From Dipteris shenzhenensis (lineage: Eukaryota): a DNA stretch of 64,000 nt. The notes below the pieces were generated by a model. That model was not told the origin of the DNA. It worked only from the letters and a program-made list of their open reading frames with translations, and did no database searches. Location of the stretch: NCBI GenBank assembly GCA_047967505.1, contig CM106538.1; one strand, 5' to 3'. Made by a program: the position numbers and the translations under genes. Shown piece after piece: positions 33,892 through 47,944 of this stretch. Positions within the stretch are counted from its first letter, which is position 1; every line of letters begins with the position of its first letter.

Positions 33892-35471
33892 CCATACTTA
33901 GTAAGAAGCATACATCAATGTTAAAGAAGACCCATTTTTTAGGTTAATCTTATGATGAAGCATTACCAAAATAAGGCACTTTTTAGGGAAGTAAAGATAA
34001 ATCACTAATTAGTGAGCCAAAACACAATGAGGATTCCTTTGAAACCTTGTGATGTGCAAAGTGTATCATGAAGCAATGAATAGAACTTTGTGGAGCTAGC
34101 AAGAGTACATCAAGGACCACAAAGAGAGAGAGAGAGAGAGAGAGAGAGGATTACGTAAAACATAAAAGAAATTGCACAACTATACAACTACATTTTAAAA
34201 ACCAGCTGAAAGCACCAAATCCAAGATTGGTACAAACAATATCACTAGTTGCATCTACTTTTCCTTGTAAGCTTTGTAGAGTAAACTAGCATTTTTTTCC
34301 AATTGATTTGGACACTAGCACATGATAGAAAAAGTCCTACATAAAGAGCACGTTGCCATTGGAATCCATTTAGCCCTTCTTAACTTTAGAGTCTGATTTA
34401 TTGTTTTAAGTGATGTGATTGGATGGACAATGGCAAATCCGTAGAGCCAGGATTGTGTCTTGGAGCTAGATGGGCCCAAGAGGATGGTAAAAGAATGAGA
34501 AGGGAGAGTAGTATAAAGAGATTAGGGTTGGCCCTCCCTTCAAAAGGTGACTTGTATAAAAGACCAAATGGTTGACTTTGGTCCTTATTGTTGTTTGCAC
34601 AAGTTTGAATACAAGCTCCCTCTTCTCTTCCAAGAGAGTGTTTTGGGTGTTCCCTTGTTTCCATTGTAGTGCCCTTGTGTTTGCCACTACATCCCCCTTC
34701 ACTCTCCTCTTCCCTTCTCCTTCTTCATCTCCTTCCCTTCTCCCTTCCCTTCTCCCCTCTCCCCCTTCCCTCTTTCTTGTGTGGAAACACATTAAACACA
34801 TTGCAACAATTTGGAGGCCTCTTGAGTGACACTTGTAGACGACTAATACTATGCATTGCTCTCACAAGGAGTAGCTTGGAGTGAAGGCTCCATCGGCAAC
34901 TCTTCAACATCCCCATGACACGTGAGTCACCCCCGAGACCCACAACATTTTTGGTGCTGCTATCGGGGAATGAAGGTATGCTTTTGCATTGCACTTGTCT
35001 TCCTTTATTATCTACCCATTGCACAAGTCTTCAAGCTTAACTTGGAGCTTGTTAGTGGAGTTGTAGGAGAAGAAAGAGGGAGGAAGTGAGAGGTTTGGAT
35101 GAAAAAGTAGGAAAACTGTTTTTTTTTGTTGGAAAGTCATTTTGGAGCATTTGAAGCTTGTTTTTTATGCTTTTTAGTGTTTTGAGTTGGAAGGAAGATA
35201 GTTTGTAAGATTTCTTAGGAGCGTATGAGGTCGAAACACACAAAAAACAACAAAAATTTATGAATCTTGCTGAATTTTGAAGTGGTTTTGTGTGGTAAAA
35301 CTCACCCCTCAAGAAATCTTGCATTTTGCCTTTCAAAAGTTGTTTTTCTTTCAAGTTTTTTTCATTGAGTAGGTAGATTAGGTAGTTTAGCCCTCCCCCA
35401 TCACAAAAGAACATGAACAGAAACTTCACAATCATCATGAATCATCAAAAACCAATCAGTGAAATTGTGTG

Positions 35472-36040
35472 TTCCTATCCCCACGGGTCGGTGCGATAGC
35501 CCTATCCTGCCGACCGACGCCATAATCATATCCCGCCGATCAAACTTGCATTGATCGGTGCCATAACCATATCTCATTGGTCAAACTTGTGTTGACCTAT
35601 CACCTTAGCAATATCCCGCCGACTTGCTATCATGCTAGTCGTTGCTTTAATTCTATCCCGCCGACTCGACAAATGCCAATACCTAACCCGTCACCCTAAT
35701 TAATTATTGTCAATCAGCTATCCCACTGGTCAAACTTGTGTTGACCCGGTGCCATAAGGCTATCCCGCCGGTCGTTGCCATAGCTCTATCCCATCGGCCG
35801 TTGCCTTAACTCTATCCTACCGACCGTTGCCATAACTCTATCCTGTCGACTTGCTATCTCGCCGGTCATTGCCATAGCTCTATCTCGTCGGCTGTTGCCT
35901 TAACTCTATCCTGCCGACTTACTATCCCACTGACCATTGCCATGACTTTATCCTGCCGACTTGCTATCCCGCCGGTTGTTGCTTTAGCTCTATCCCACCA
36001 ATCGTTTCCATAGCCCTATCCCCATGACTGTAGGGATAGC
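35472..36040. repeat. Degenerate minisatellite with core CTATCCCGCCG(A/G) in the leader of F
   Basis: Roughly 20 variable copies at 15-45 bp spacing (ttgccatagctctatcccgccg). Confidence 0.85.
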
Positions 36041-36924
36041 TCTGGGAACCCAAAAATTAAGAAAAAGCACATGAAAATTGGGCCACAAGGGGTTGCCTTC
36101 CCTTGACCCCATGTTGAGGCGGACTCTACCTAGAATTGAGGCCTCCCCTGTGGCAATGAACACATGATCTCGAGATCAAGAAGAGTCCTACAAGATCATC
36201 TTGAGCCTAAAGACAGTGTCTTAAATACCATCTTGTCGAACTCCATACATAGCTTGGCATCCTCAGGGTCAGTAAGCTCAAAAGTCAGTTCTCACTCATT
36301 ACAAGAACCACCACCAAGTGAATTATCAAGGCTTGAAAGAGTCCATGAGTTAAGATAGAGACATGGGTGAACCCTCCAATGTTAGAGCCTCAGTAGCTAT
36401 GGACTCCATCCCAACTGACCTCCACTCTCCTACCCCATCTACAGCACCAGCTACATTAAGGGAAACCTTTTCCAATATCATGGGAAGGTTTGGATTGACA
36501 GACCCAATAGAGTGGCTAAACCCATTTGCTGGGCAGACTAGGGCAATGTCAGAGGCTCAAATGCTAGCCCAACCACTGATCTCAGAAGCCATACTCAGGG
36601 AGCCAAGTCCCACGATACCTAATGGCAATCAACCCCTATCATAGCAATTCTTTGATGATAGGCAATCCAATGGGGAGGAATTTGGACCCACATTCTCACC
36701 AGGGGCCCAAAATCTAAAGCAAAGGGGGTAGAGGAGTAACCCTGAAGGTCAACAGTTAAGACCCTCCACCTCATAATCCCCCATGATGCCTCCTTGGCAG
36801 CAAAAGCATAGGAGATATTCCCTACCCAACAAGTGCCCCTTATAGGCCTATGCATGCAGGGAACATACCACTCCCTAGAGGACCTCTCGTCTAACCTATT
36901 AGGCCCAACCCAACCCAAGTCACA

Positions 36925-38660
36925 ATGCCAATGCCTAATGGGCCTGGATCCTCCCATCCCAACCTCATGACATCAAATCCGTGGAACTCTTCATCAAGAC
37001 CACCAATGTATGGGACATTGCCCACCATACCACAACCTCCTCCTGTATTACAAACGGTCCTTACAAACGAAGCTATGAGAATTCTAGTGCAAGCACTAGG
37101 AAGGGGGGCCGCCACTCCACTAATGTTTCCAAGATGGGATACCAACCCCTCAAGGAGAAAGCCTATCACAATCTCCAAGCTAATCACCAAGTTTGTAGGA
37201 GGAGGAGACCCAGTCTCCCATGTTGAGAGGTTTGAATAAATCTGTGAGACTTTGGTGATATTGGGGATCTAGACAAGGTCAATGCTTTTAGCTTGAGTCT
37301 TGATGGCAAGGCTGGACAATGGTTTAGAGCCTTAAACCCTGAGGATAAACTAAATTGGGACACATTGCATAAATCGTTCATTCTAGGGTTTGCCCCTAGT
37401 GGTCCCAAATGGAGCCCACTTAACCAGCTTTATGAGGTGAAGCAGAAGGACATTGAATCCTTAAGAGACTGTATCACTAGAATTAAACATTTGAACTCGT
37501 GATGTGAACCCCATGAGAGGATGAGTGATGTGAAACTTCTGCCACGCTTGCTCATAGGGCTATGGGATGCTAAGCTGTTGCTATGAATCCCACATCATTT
37601 GAGCTATGCAGCAAGATAGCGATATGCTTAGGGGATAACATGAGGGAGAATCCCCAATAGGATAAATCGTTAGTTTCCTTTGATATGTCCTAAATAGCAC
37701 AGGCTTCAACCTCAAAAGCAACTAGTGATGCAAGCATTATGCCCAAGGTGCTCAATAGGGAAGAGTTGGCCACAGATCTATTAAACAAGTTGAGCCAACA
37801 ATGGAATATAGAAGCACCAAAAGATGCTCCTAGCAACCCCCATCTCTTTCCACAAAGAGATAACATATGGTGCCGGGTATGCACGGGAAATCATCCCAAT
37901 GCCCTCGTCTTAGAGCCAAGCCAACACTCTATTGTGCCCATTGTGCTCATTGGGGAAATCATGACACATCCCAATGTCATCATCCTAGGGTGATTCCTCA
38001 ACCCATGTATCAACAAGGGCCGCATCTACCATTGCCTGCACCACCCGATCCATCCAATCAGGCACAATTGGCAATACAAGGAGCCACATCAGCCAATCAA
38101 GGGCAATTTAGGGCTCAAAACAATCCATTACCCCCGCCAATACTGGGACGTCAACCACCACCTCCACGAATTACTCTTCTGAATCAAGTATTGGTTGAAG
38201 AGCTACCTAGTGATTGGGGAGTCCCTAGACCTACCTTCAGTGGAAACAAATATCCCCAAAATGGTCACAATGCAAATTGGTCTAGCATTATAAGTCACTA
38301 CATTATACAAGGTGACCAACACATCCTGGTCTACCAAACAACACCGATTTCTCATAAAATGGGAGATAGGAACAACTTGACCAAGGCACAACCCATTCAA
38401 TGACATATGTGTCAAGGGCCACACCCTGCCAATGAGTGTCCATATAAGGGGAAATCTAAGTAGCCAATCACATGTGCACCAGCGTCAAATACACCACCAC
38501 CATTATGCACTAGGTGTGGTGTGGACCATCTTTTTAAGGATTGCTCGATGAGAAGGCCATCTAAGACCACAAGCCTTAACTTCTTAAGCATTGAGAGAGG
38601 CCAAGTGTCATAAGTATCCTTGAATGTAATCATGAGGTTGCAAGCTAAAGCCCTCAATAT
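36925..38660 (+). pseudogene. Element F gag remnant with several zinc-knuckle motifs
   Basis: KFVGGGDPVSHVERFE, SLDGKAGQWFRAL..WDTLHKSFILGF, QKDIESLRDCITR; Cys/His motifs at 37867-38545. Confidence 0.8.
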
Positions 38661-39553
38661 TTCCATATAATAAGCATTTACAATGGGTTAATAGGATCTA
38701 GTGAGGCCCTGTATAATATATGAGCCTAGCTCATGATACAAACAAGAAGATAATGTCACCATTCAAATCCATTTGACCTCTCAAAAACCTTTTGTTATGG
38801 TCTATTACAAGTTTTGCAAACTAAATCAATAATTTTCAAATAGATAATCATTTCAAGTGGAGTAGGCATGTCTAGTTGGGCCAAGTATTTGTAGTTGTAA
38901 GAAAATAATACAACGTCTGTCTCCCAGCCGTGCGCTCCTGTGAAAGAAGCTTCCATGGCATGCTGGAAATAGTAGAAGATGGAGGCTGAATGCTAAGGAA
39001 TCAGGGTTACTGTAGCCAGTGATGAAATGTGCTTCACGGGCTTGCTCTTATATAGCCACCAGTCATAGTCGGTTAGGCTCAATTGGGTGGCCGACCCAGT
39101 TCGCCCAAAACGGTCGATTGGGTCGGTCCAGAAATAGGCCACCGACCATACGATAGAACCAGTGGCGCAAAATAGAGCAACTAACCTATGGTCTCCATTC
39201 GGCCCATAGCCATCCGGGATCATCTGAGGCTCCAAACGGGCCCCACAACCCAAGAGTGGGCTACCTCGGAAAATGCTCCGTCTACCCTCAGTGCAGTCAG
39301 TCAAGGGATGCCTTCCCGCACTTGCATGTAGCCTAGTTGGCGGTGTGCCAACTCTATCTGAAGTTGTCCAGCCATCAGGCCACACATGGCCCCCATCTGG
39401 TGTCCAAACCAGGACCTACCGGATAACCGATCTACTCAAATGCCTTCTCCTCATATGGGGGGGCTTACAAGTAGAGTTAGCTGGTTCCCGCATAGTTACA
39501 CGAGTGGAGCATTGATATCTAACACCCCCCTCAATGTCCACCCGCAAGTAAAC

Positions 39554-42072
39554 TTACTTTTTTGGCCCAATGCCAAGTCGATGAAGATGCCTCTCTAGCA
39601 AGTCTCTTCCAAGAGCCTTCGTGAAGATCTCCGCAGCATTCTCTATAGTTGGACAGTACACTAAGTCGACCTCTCCATCCATGATCAGCTCGCGTACAAA
39701 GTGATATTGAATCTCAATGTGTTTTGTGCGAGCGTGGAACACCGGGTTCTTTGCAATCGCCATGCAACTTTGATTGTTACATGATAATTTCGTAGGCTTG
39801 TTCTACACTGCACCCATGTCCCCCAAAATCCTCCTCAACCACACTGCTTCACAAGAAGCAAAGCATGCAGATTTGTTCTCGGCCTCGGTAGAAGAAAGAG
39901 CAACTGTGGGTTGCTTCTTGCTGACCCATGACACAACTCTAGATCCAAGTGAGAAACAGTACCCTGTCACTCATCTCCAGCTGTCCACGTCTCCTGCCCA
40001 ATCCGAGTCACAGAATCCGGTCAAGATGTTGCCCTTGGTATAGGTGATGCCTTGATGTATTTCAGCACCCGCATCCCTGCCCTCCAATGGTTCTCCTGGG
40101 GCTTATTGGAAAACCTACTTAGTACACCACAGAAAAGGCTTGCAGTGGAGTCATCCTGTTCACAGCCTTCATGTAGCTACGATTGAGGATGTAAACTGCA
40201 GTGTTACATGCTTCAGCCCAAAAAGTCTTTGGCAAATCTTTCCCTTTCATCATACTCCGGCCCATTTCGTAGATGATGCGCATCTTGTGTTCTGCTACTC
40301 CAATTTGCTGTGATGTATGTGGCGGGGGTTTCTGCCTCTTGATTCCGTGACTTTTGTAGTAACTTTTGAATTCAATCGATGTGAACTCTCCACCTCTATC
40401 TGATCTCAGCTTCTTCACCTTCCTCCCCGATTCTTTCTCGACCATTACATGCCATTTCTTGAACCTACTGAAAGCCTCGTCTTTCGTCTTCAAGAAGTAT
40501 ATCCATATCCTTCTACTGTAGTCGTCGATCAGCGTCATGAAGTAGAAGGAACCACCCAAAGCTTCCGTCTCCATCTTTCCACAGAGGTCCGTGTGAACGA
40601 GCTCTGGAGGAGCCTTTGCTCTGTTGGCCTCTTTAGGAAAGGGCTGTCGATGCTACTTGCCCATCATGCAAGCTTCACATACATCGGGCAGATCTGAAAT
40701 TTCTGGTAGGTCTGCAATCATTCCACTTTTATGCATCTCCTTCAAAGAACTAAGGTTTAGATGACCAAACCTCTCATGCCACAGCTTAGTGTTCTTCACA
40801 TCCGCTCGAGCACTGAAAGCTGAGAGTTCGTAAATGTTGTTGCGCCGTGTACCTTTACCAACGACCTTTCCTTCAAGATCCAGGATCTATGCACCATTCT
40901 TATCGAATTGAACTTTGAGGTTTTGATCCGTGATCGCAGAAATGGACAACAAGTTCCTCTTGATATCTGGCACATAAAGAACATCGGACAAGTGTTTTAC
41001 AACTCCATCTGACTTGAGAGCAATCGTACCTTTTCCTTTTGCTGGACATTTTGCATCAGTGCCGACTGCTACCATGATGTCATTCCCTACTGGCTGTAGA
41101 GAGGTATACCAATCCTTTCGATTGGTCATGTGGCGCGATGCACCACTGTCAATGATCCAAGGTTCATCCGCAGGTACATGAACTGCCTCCGTGCAAATCT
41201 CCTCAATTGCTACGAACAGCTCTATTGGTACTGCCTGCGCGCTGTTGCTAGACTCTTTCTTTACTCCATTCTTCTCATCTGCAATCTTCTTTCGGTACTC
41301 ATTCTGCTTGTGCCCTGCCTTGTTGCAATAGAAGCACTTGATCTTCTTCTTTCTCTTTTTATCATTAAGATGGGTTACCAGAGTCCTTACCCTTACCTTT
41401 CTTTGATCTGGTCCAAAATGCTGAATCTTCTCCAGTCCTCGTCTTTTGACGCATCTCCTCCTCCAGAAGCATCGCGCTGAAATCCTCAAAGTTGAGGGGC
41501 GGATTTCTGTTCTACATATTCAATGCCGTAATAAGACCGTCGTACCTTGGTGGGAGAATCCGTATGCACCTTCATGCTGGATTCTCGCTGGTGATGGTGA
41601 TGCCAATCGCAGTCATCTGATCGCGCAGATTCTTCACCCTGGTGATGAACTTCTCTACCACTTCAGACTCAGATAATTTTTCGTTCGCGAGTTGAGTCTC
41701 CAGATTCTGAATCCACGTCTGATTCGTGGTCTCGTACTGATTTTTCAAGACCATCCATGCCTCCTCCAATGTGGTGACATGTTGAATTAACGCCATGACA
41801 GAATCACTAACACTGCAGACAATAGAACACCGTGCATCTGTATTTCTTCTTGTCCACGCGAGAATCTCATCCGCAGTTGGTACTATCTGTTGTCCTGCAT
41901 TGGCTGGATCCGGTCTCGGAACCGGCCTCACGTCCACCCCAATAGCAGTGTCCCAAAGCTCATATGCGCTTAGGATGGTCTTCATCTTGAACTTCCAGAG
42001 AGGATAGTTAGAGCCGTCCAACTTTCCACTTTCGCCGAACGGTGGGATTCGCAGTCTTGCAGGCTGGGCCAT
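39554..42072 (-). pseudogene. Copia X gag-PR-INT fused to RT C-terminus/RH (most of RT deleted)
   Basis: 41572-42072 gag, 40887-41489 (WIIDSGASRHMT), 40119-40574 INT. At ~40125 the sequence jumps to VLSRFSNKP..HW. 39554-39763 is RH (KNPVFHARTKHIEIQYHFVRE). Confidence 0.9.
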
Positions 42073-42357
42073 CTCTCACAATCTGCTCGCAAACAGAAAC
42101 ACACTACCAAATCTTCTTGCTCTATAGAGTCCAGGCTCTGATACCATGTAAGAAAATAATACAACGTCTGTGCTCAACAGATAATAGGATCTCGTACACA
42201 AGAGAGAAAACAAGATAGTATGGAGAATCCAAAATTTGATTACTGTAGAACTGATACAATAGAAGGCGCTGCCTCCCAGCCGCGCGCTCCTGTGAAAGAA
42301 GCTTCGATGGCATGCTGGAAACAGTAGAAGACGGAGGCTGAATGCTAAGGAATCAGG

Positions 42358-45300
42358 TGTTGAGATATCGAGCTCCACTCGCGATATGCCAGGGTGACCG
42401 TTGTGCATTTATGTCACCGACTTGTTAGCTACAGATGCGGTTGGTACACCGCCCACAAATAATAGCTGGATGACAGCTATCCTTATCTACACTAGTTCGT
42501 GACTCAGTTAGTATGCCACCTTAGTTAGTTGAGTTTGGTTTGAGACCCACATATAGGGTTCTTCTATTTTCTTTGTACTTGAGTTCTTTTGGCTTTCACA
42601 ACTAAGAAGAGGAAAACTGTTTTCAGCCTCCACCTTTGTGTGTATTCCCCCATTGTGATTGTGAGAAAGCCTCAAGTGAGACTCCTTCCCTCTCTCCCAC
42701 TATCTTCACATGGTATCAGAGCCTTGTTCGTGGTAAGGAGCTCAAGAAAGCAAACCAAGTTCGCAGTGTCCTGGTAAGAGGACCAGTGTTGCTTTCCTTT
42801 TTCGAGTTTGGGAGCAAATCTCTGCAGGTAGCACAGCGGAAGTGCAAGAGTGCACTGTCTCAGATTGAGACGCCCTTCGTGGTGTGGCGAGAGGGCATTA
42901 TATGCTGCGGGTGAGGGCAAAGTCCTCGGTGACTTTATTTTTCTAATTCGAGGTCATTTTGGGGCCCGTTTTGGAGGCGGAAGTTCTCCGCAGGCACTCA
43001 GAAAAAGGCCCTGTTTTTGCTATGCGACCACTGTTCTGCAAGTCGGTGAAAAGTTGCCGCAAAAATTGCATCGTATGCCTATGCGCAGAGACATTGGGAG
43101 TTGCAGATTCATGCTTGTTGCCTGTTGATGCAAAATCGTCACTAGGAAGTGACTGTGTGGTGAAATACCACTTTCGTCAGTTTTGCAGATCTGCCCGTGT
43201 GAGGCAAAAGCTGTGTTTTTTGCAGTGACAGAATATTTTGCAGTGTTCTGTAATGGCATCTGATTCTCTTTCACAGATTGTCACTGAAAAGCTTGACAAG
43301 AACAACTTCCAGGCATGGAAGTTTAGAATGACGAATTTCTTAATGGGAAAAGGCTATTGGGAGTTCATTACAGGAAATGAAGAAGAACCTGTTCTTCCTA
43401 ATGTTCCCAATCAACAGGAAATGCAGGCATTCAAAGGATGGAATGAGAGAGCTAGGAAAGTTATGTACTGGCTGTCTATCAGTATTTCGGACTCCATGAT
43501 TATGCATATTCAGGATGCAAGTACGCCAAAGGAGGCATGGGATACTTTGGCAAAAATGTAACAGCACAAATACGCAAGCCAGGAAAATGCAGCTCAAGCA
43601 GGAGCTGCACAATGTGCAGAGAGAAAATATGAGCATCAATGACTACCACATGAAGGTGAAGAAAATTGCGGATGCACTTGCTTCCATTGGGTCACCAGTG
43701 GATGATGACGATTTAGTTTCTGTGACCTTGAATGGTCTAGGAAAGGATTATGCACAGTTCCGGACATCCATTGCCGTCCGTCAAAAATTTCCTAATTTTG
43801 AGGAGTTGATTGCTCTTCTAATTTCTGAAGAGCAGAGAAATGCTGGTGCATCTTCTTCAGCAGGAACTTCAAAAGAAATTGTCTTCTACTCAAATGCTGG
43901 CAGAGGATGCTGGCAGAGGTAGAGGCAGAGGTAGAGGAGGCCGATCTGCAGGCCATGGTAGAAATCAGAATATGCAGCAAATGCAAGAAAACCAGTCCTA
44001 TGCAGGAGGACGTGGTAACTCTAGAGGCAGGGGGAGCCAAAGAGGTCGTGGTGGATGGCAGAGAGGCCAAAATGCAAACAGCAATGTTGAATGCTACTAC
44101 TGTGGTAAAATGGGGCATATGGCTAAAGACTACTACAAAAAGCAAAATGACATTATGAATGGAAAATTGCAGCAAGGCAATTATGCATCCTCTAGTAGAC
44201 AGGGTGATGACAGAAATGAGCATTTGTTTATGGTGCAGCATATGACAAATTCTGTGACAAGTGCAGAAGAAAGCAATGATGTGTGGTATGTTGACTCAGG
44301 TGCATCAAACCACATGACAGGTCATGCTGAATGGATGCAGGATGCAAGGAAAATGGAAAAACCAGGATTTGTGGAGACTGGTGATGATACTGCACATCCT
44401 ATTGTGCAGATTGGCGAAATTCCCTTGTCTATGCAGGATGGGAAAAAGAAATACTTGTCTGATGTATTTCATGTCCCGAACATCACCAAGAACCTGGTTT
44501 CTGTTGGTCAGATGGTTGAGCAGGGCTTGCAGGTCAGATTTAATCCTCATGGATGCTTTGTTGAGGATATGAAAAATAATGGTCGCTTGATAGCAAAAGG
44601 AAAGAAGAAGGGCAGGATGTTTACGTTGGATGCGGACATGCCTGAATTGAGTGCAGCAATGTTTGCACATGGGACCGGTGTAGTTGCAGATATTGATATC
44701 TGGCACAAACGCATTGGTCATGTTAATATACAACGACTTAAATCAATGCAAGCCCAAAATATTGTTGCAGGATTGCCTAAATTCAAGGTTGCAGAAATGC
44801 ACAAGGTTTGTGAAGCCTGTCAATTTGGGAAATAGGCAAGGAAACCTTTTCCTAGGCATGTTCAAGAGAGTAAAAAGCCATTGGAATTAATCCACTCTGA
44901 TGTGTGGACTACTAAAGCTGCATCTATTGGTGGCTGTCACTATTTTGTCACATTTATTGATGACTTCAGCAGAAAACTTTGGGTGTATTTTATGAAAAAG
45001 AAAAGTGAAGTGTTTCGGCACTTCAAAGCTTTCAAAGCTATGGTTGAAAAAGAAATAGGCCTGCAAATAAAATGCCTAAGGTTAGATGGAGGGGGAGAGT
45101 ACCTCTCAAATGAGTTTGCAAGGTTCTTGCAGGAGCATGGTATAAAGCAGCAATATTCATGCAGTCATACCCCACAGCAAAATGGAATTGCAGAAATGAA
45201 AAACAGGCGTATTGGAGAGGTATCTCGGGCTATGCTAAATGAAAAAGATCTACCAGATTATTATTGGGCTGAAGCAGTTGCTACAGCAGTTCATATAATG

Positions 45301-47944
45301 AACAGGACTCCCACTGCAGCAATACATGGCATGACGCCAGAGGAGATGTATACTGGTAGAAAACCAGATATTTCTCATTTGAAAATTTTTGGTTGCATTG
45401 CCTATGTCCATGTGCCAGATGAGTTGAGGTCCAAGTTGGATCCAAAAGCTGAGAAGTGCGTCTTTATTGGTTATTCTCTGCAGCAGAAAGGGTATAGATG
45501 CTATAACCCCTCTACTCGTAAGTTTACAGTGAGCAGAGATGTTGTTTTTGATGAGATGAGCAGCTGGTATAAACCAGTAAATGTGATGATTGATGTAGAT
45601 GCACAAAATGGTAATGCTGCACAGAATTCACAGCAGCAATCACAAAATATCAGTGGACCTACAGTGTCCTCTAGTAGTGGTTCACATACCTCGCCATGGA
45701 CAGGTAGATTGAGATCAGGAGAATCTCCTCAAAGCAATGCAGATAGTGGTACGCAGGTATCATGAAAAGGAAAAGAGAAGGTAGATCAGCCCATGTTTGA
45801 TGTGAATGCAGGTCACTCTTATGTGGATAGTGAATCCAGTGGCTCAGAGCAGAGCATTGATGATGAGTTGGGTATTCCTTCTGTTGTTACACCTGGAGTA
45901 AGGAAGACCAGGGATGTTTTGAGAGCATCTGGAAGTGAGCCTATTTTGCGCAGGTCTACCAGGGTTAGGTATCCTGTGGATACGCTGAAATATGATGGAT
46001 TTACAACCATTCACTATGCCTATATGGTCAAAGTGATACAGGAACCAAAACCCACTTCTTTTGAGCAAGCCGTGGGAAATGAAAAATGGGAGAAAGCCAT
46101 GGATTAAGAAATGGATGCCTTGGATGCAAATGCTACATGGGAATTGGTGCCTTTGCCTAAAGACAAGAATGCAATTGGCTGTAAGTGGGTTTATAAGATC
46201 AAGCACAATGCAGATGGTTCTGTGAATAGATACAAAGCAAGATTAGTTGTCAAGGGGTATGCACAGACATATGGCATTGATTATGAAGAAACTTTCAGCC
46301 CGGTTGCAAGGATGGCAACCGTAAGAGCAACCATTGCTATGGCTGCATCAAAGGGATGGTCTTTACATCAGATCGATGTAAAGAATGCCTTCTTGCATGG
46401 TGATTTGCAAGAAGAGGTCTTTATGGAGCAGCCAGCAGGTTATGTTCATGCTATTCATCCTGAGTTTGTTTGCAGGTTGAAGAAAGCCTTGTATGGCTTG
46501 AAGCAAGCACCTAGAGCATGGTCTGACAAGATAGGACAGTATCTTGTCACTATTGGCTTTCAGATTTCCAAGGCAGATTTCTCACTCTATGTGAGAAAAA
46601 CAGAGAAAGGGATTATGCTGCTTGTCATTTATGTTGATGATTTGATCATCACAGGTTATAGTGATGAAGATATCCTTCATGTGAAAATGCTTTTGAGGCA
46701 GAAGTTTGAGATGAAGGATTTGGGAGAGCTGCGTTATTTCTTGGGCATTGAGGTGATTAGATCACCAAGTGGGATACAGCTCTTGCAGAGGCAATATGGA
46801 CTGGACATGCTGTCCAAATATGGGATGACAGGCTGTAAGCCTATTTCAGTTCCTTTGGAGCAGAATGTGAAGCTGAGCGTAGATGCAGGTGAGCTTCTGG
46901 AAGACCCTACTATGTACAGACGCATAGTAGGAAGTTTAATTTACATGACTATTACCAGGCCAGATTTGAGCTATGCTGTTGGGTTGGTAAGTCAGTTTAT
47001 GCAGGCTCCAAGGAAACTGCATTTGGATGCAGCTAGACGCATACTCAGGTATGTGAAGTCCACATTGCAGTATGGACTATTTTATGAGGCTGGGGTTCAG
47101 ATACAGTTGCATGGATACACTGATGCTGATTGGGCTGGTAGTATTTCTGATAGACGATCTACCAGTGGGTATGTGTTCTCTTTTGGGAGTGCTGCAGTCA
47201 CTTGGAGCAGCAAGAAACAGCCTACAGTTGCCTTGTCGAGCACAGAGGCTGAGTACAGGGGTGCAGCAATGGCTGCATGTGAGGTAGCTTGGTTGCATAA
47301 GCTACTCTATGATATGCATCAGTCTACAGATGGGCCAGTTGTCATTTATTGTGACAACATGAGCAGTATACACTTGGCAAAGAACCCAGTCTTTCATGCT
47401 AGAACAAAGCACATTGAGGTGCATTATCACTATGTGCGGGAGAAAGTGTTACTAGGTCTTATTGATCTAGTTTATGTCAGCACAGAGGATCAGGTAGCTG
47501 ACATCTTCACAAAAGCATTGGGCGCAGAGAAGCTGCGCAAGTTCAGAGACATGCTTGGTGTGCAGGAATTGGGATTGAGCTCGAGGGGGAGTGTTGAGAT
47601 ATCGAGCTCCACTCGCGATATGCCAGGGTGACCGTTGTGCATTTATGTCACCGACTTGTTAGCTACAGATGCGGTTGGTACACCGCCCACGAATAATAGC
47701 TGGATGACAGCTATCCTTATCTACACTAGTTCGTGGCTCAGTTAGTATGCCACCTTAGTTAGTTGAGTTTGGTTTGAGACCCACATATAGGGTTCTTCTA
47801 TTTTCTTTGTACTTGAGTTCTTTTGGCTTTCACAACTAAAAAGAGGAAAACTATTTTCAGCCTCCACCTTTGTGTGTATTCCCCCATTGTGATTGTGAGA
47901 AAGCCTCAAGTGAGACTCCTTCCCTCTCTCCCACTATCTTCACA
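42358..47944 (+). mobile_element. Near-intact Ty1/copia element Y (5.6 kb)
   Basis: 353-bp LTRs at 42358-42710 and 47592-47944 (4 transitions seen). TSD TCAGG at 42353-42357 and 47945-47949. iMet PBS at 42711. PPT GAGGGGGAG. Confidence 0.97.
43253..47631 (+). pseudogene. Copia Y gag-pol polyprotein with a few frameshifts/stops
   Basis: gag (KLDKNNFQAWKFRM), PR (WYVDSGASNHMT), INT (FIDDFSRK), RT (YVDDLII), RH (YTDADWAG); stops at 44835, 45765 and 46107. Confidence 0.95.

Larger units (their letters stand above)
34402..38660 (+). mobile_element. Truncated Athila-like Ty3/gypsy element F (putative LTR, PBS, repetitive leader, degenerate gag)
   Basis: ACAACA-TTTT-TGGTGCTGCTATCGGGGA (34942-34969) resembles a decayed Athila tRNA-Asp PBS (TGGCGCCGTTGCCGGGGA), with gag remnants downstream. 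The left boundary is a guess. Confidence 0.6.

Noticed and set aside
35472-36040. CRISPR-like array
   Set aside because: The repeats are degenerate with related, variable-length spacers, there are no cas genes, and the context is eukaryotic.
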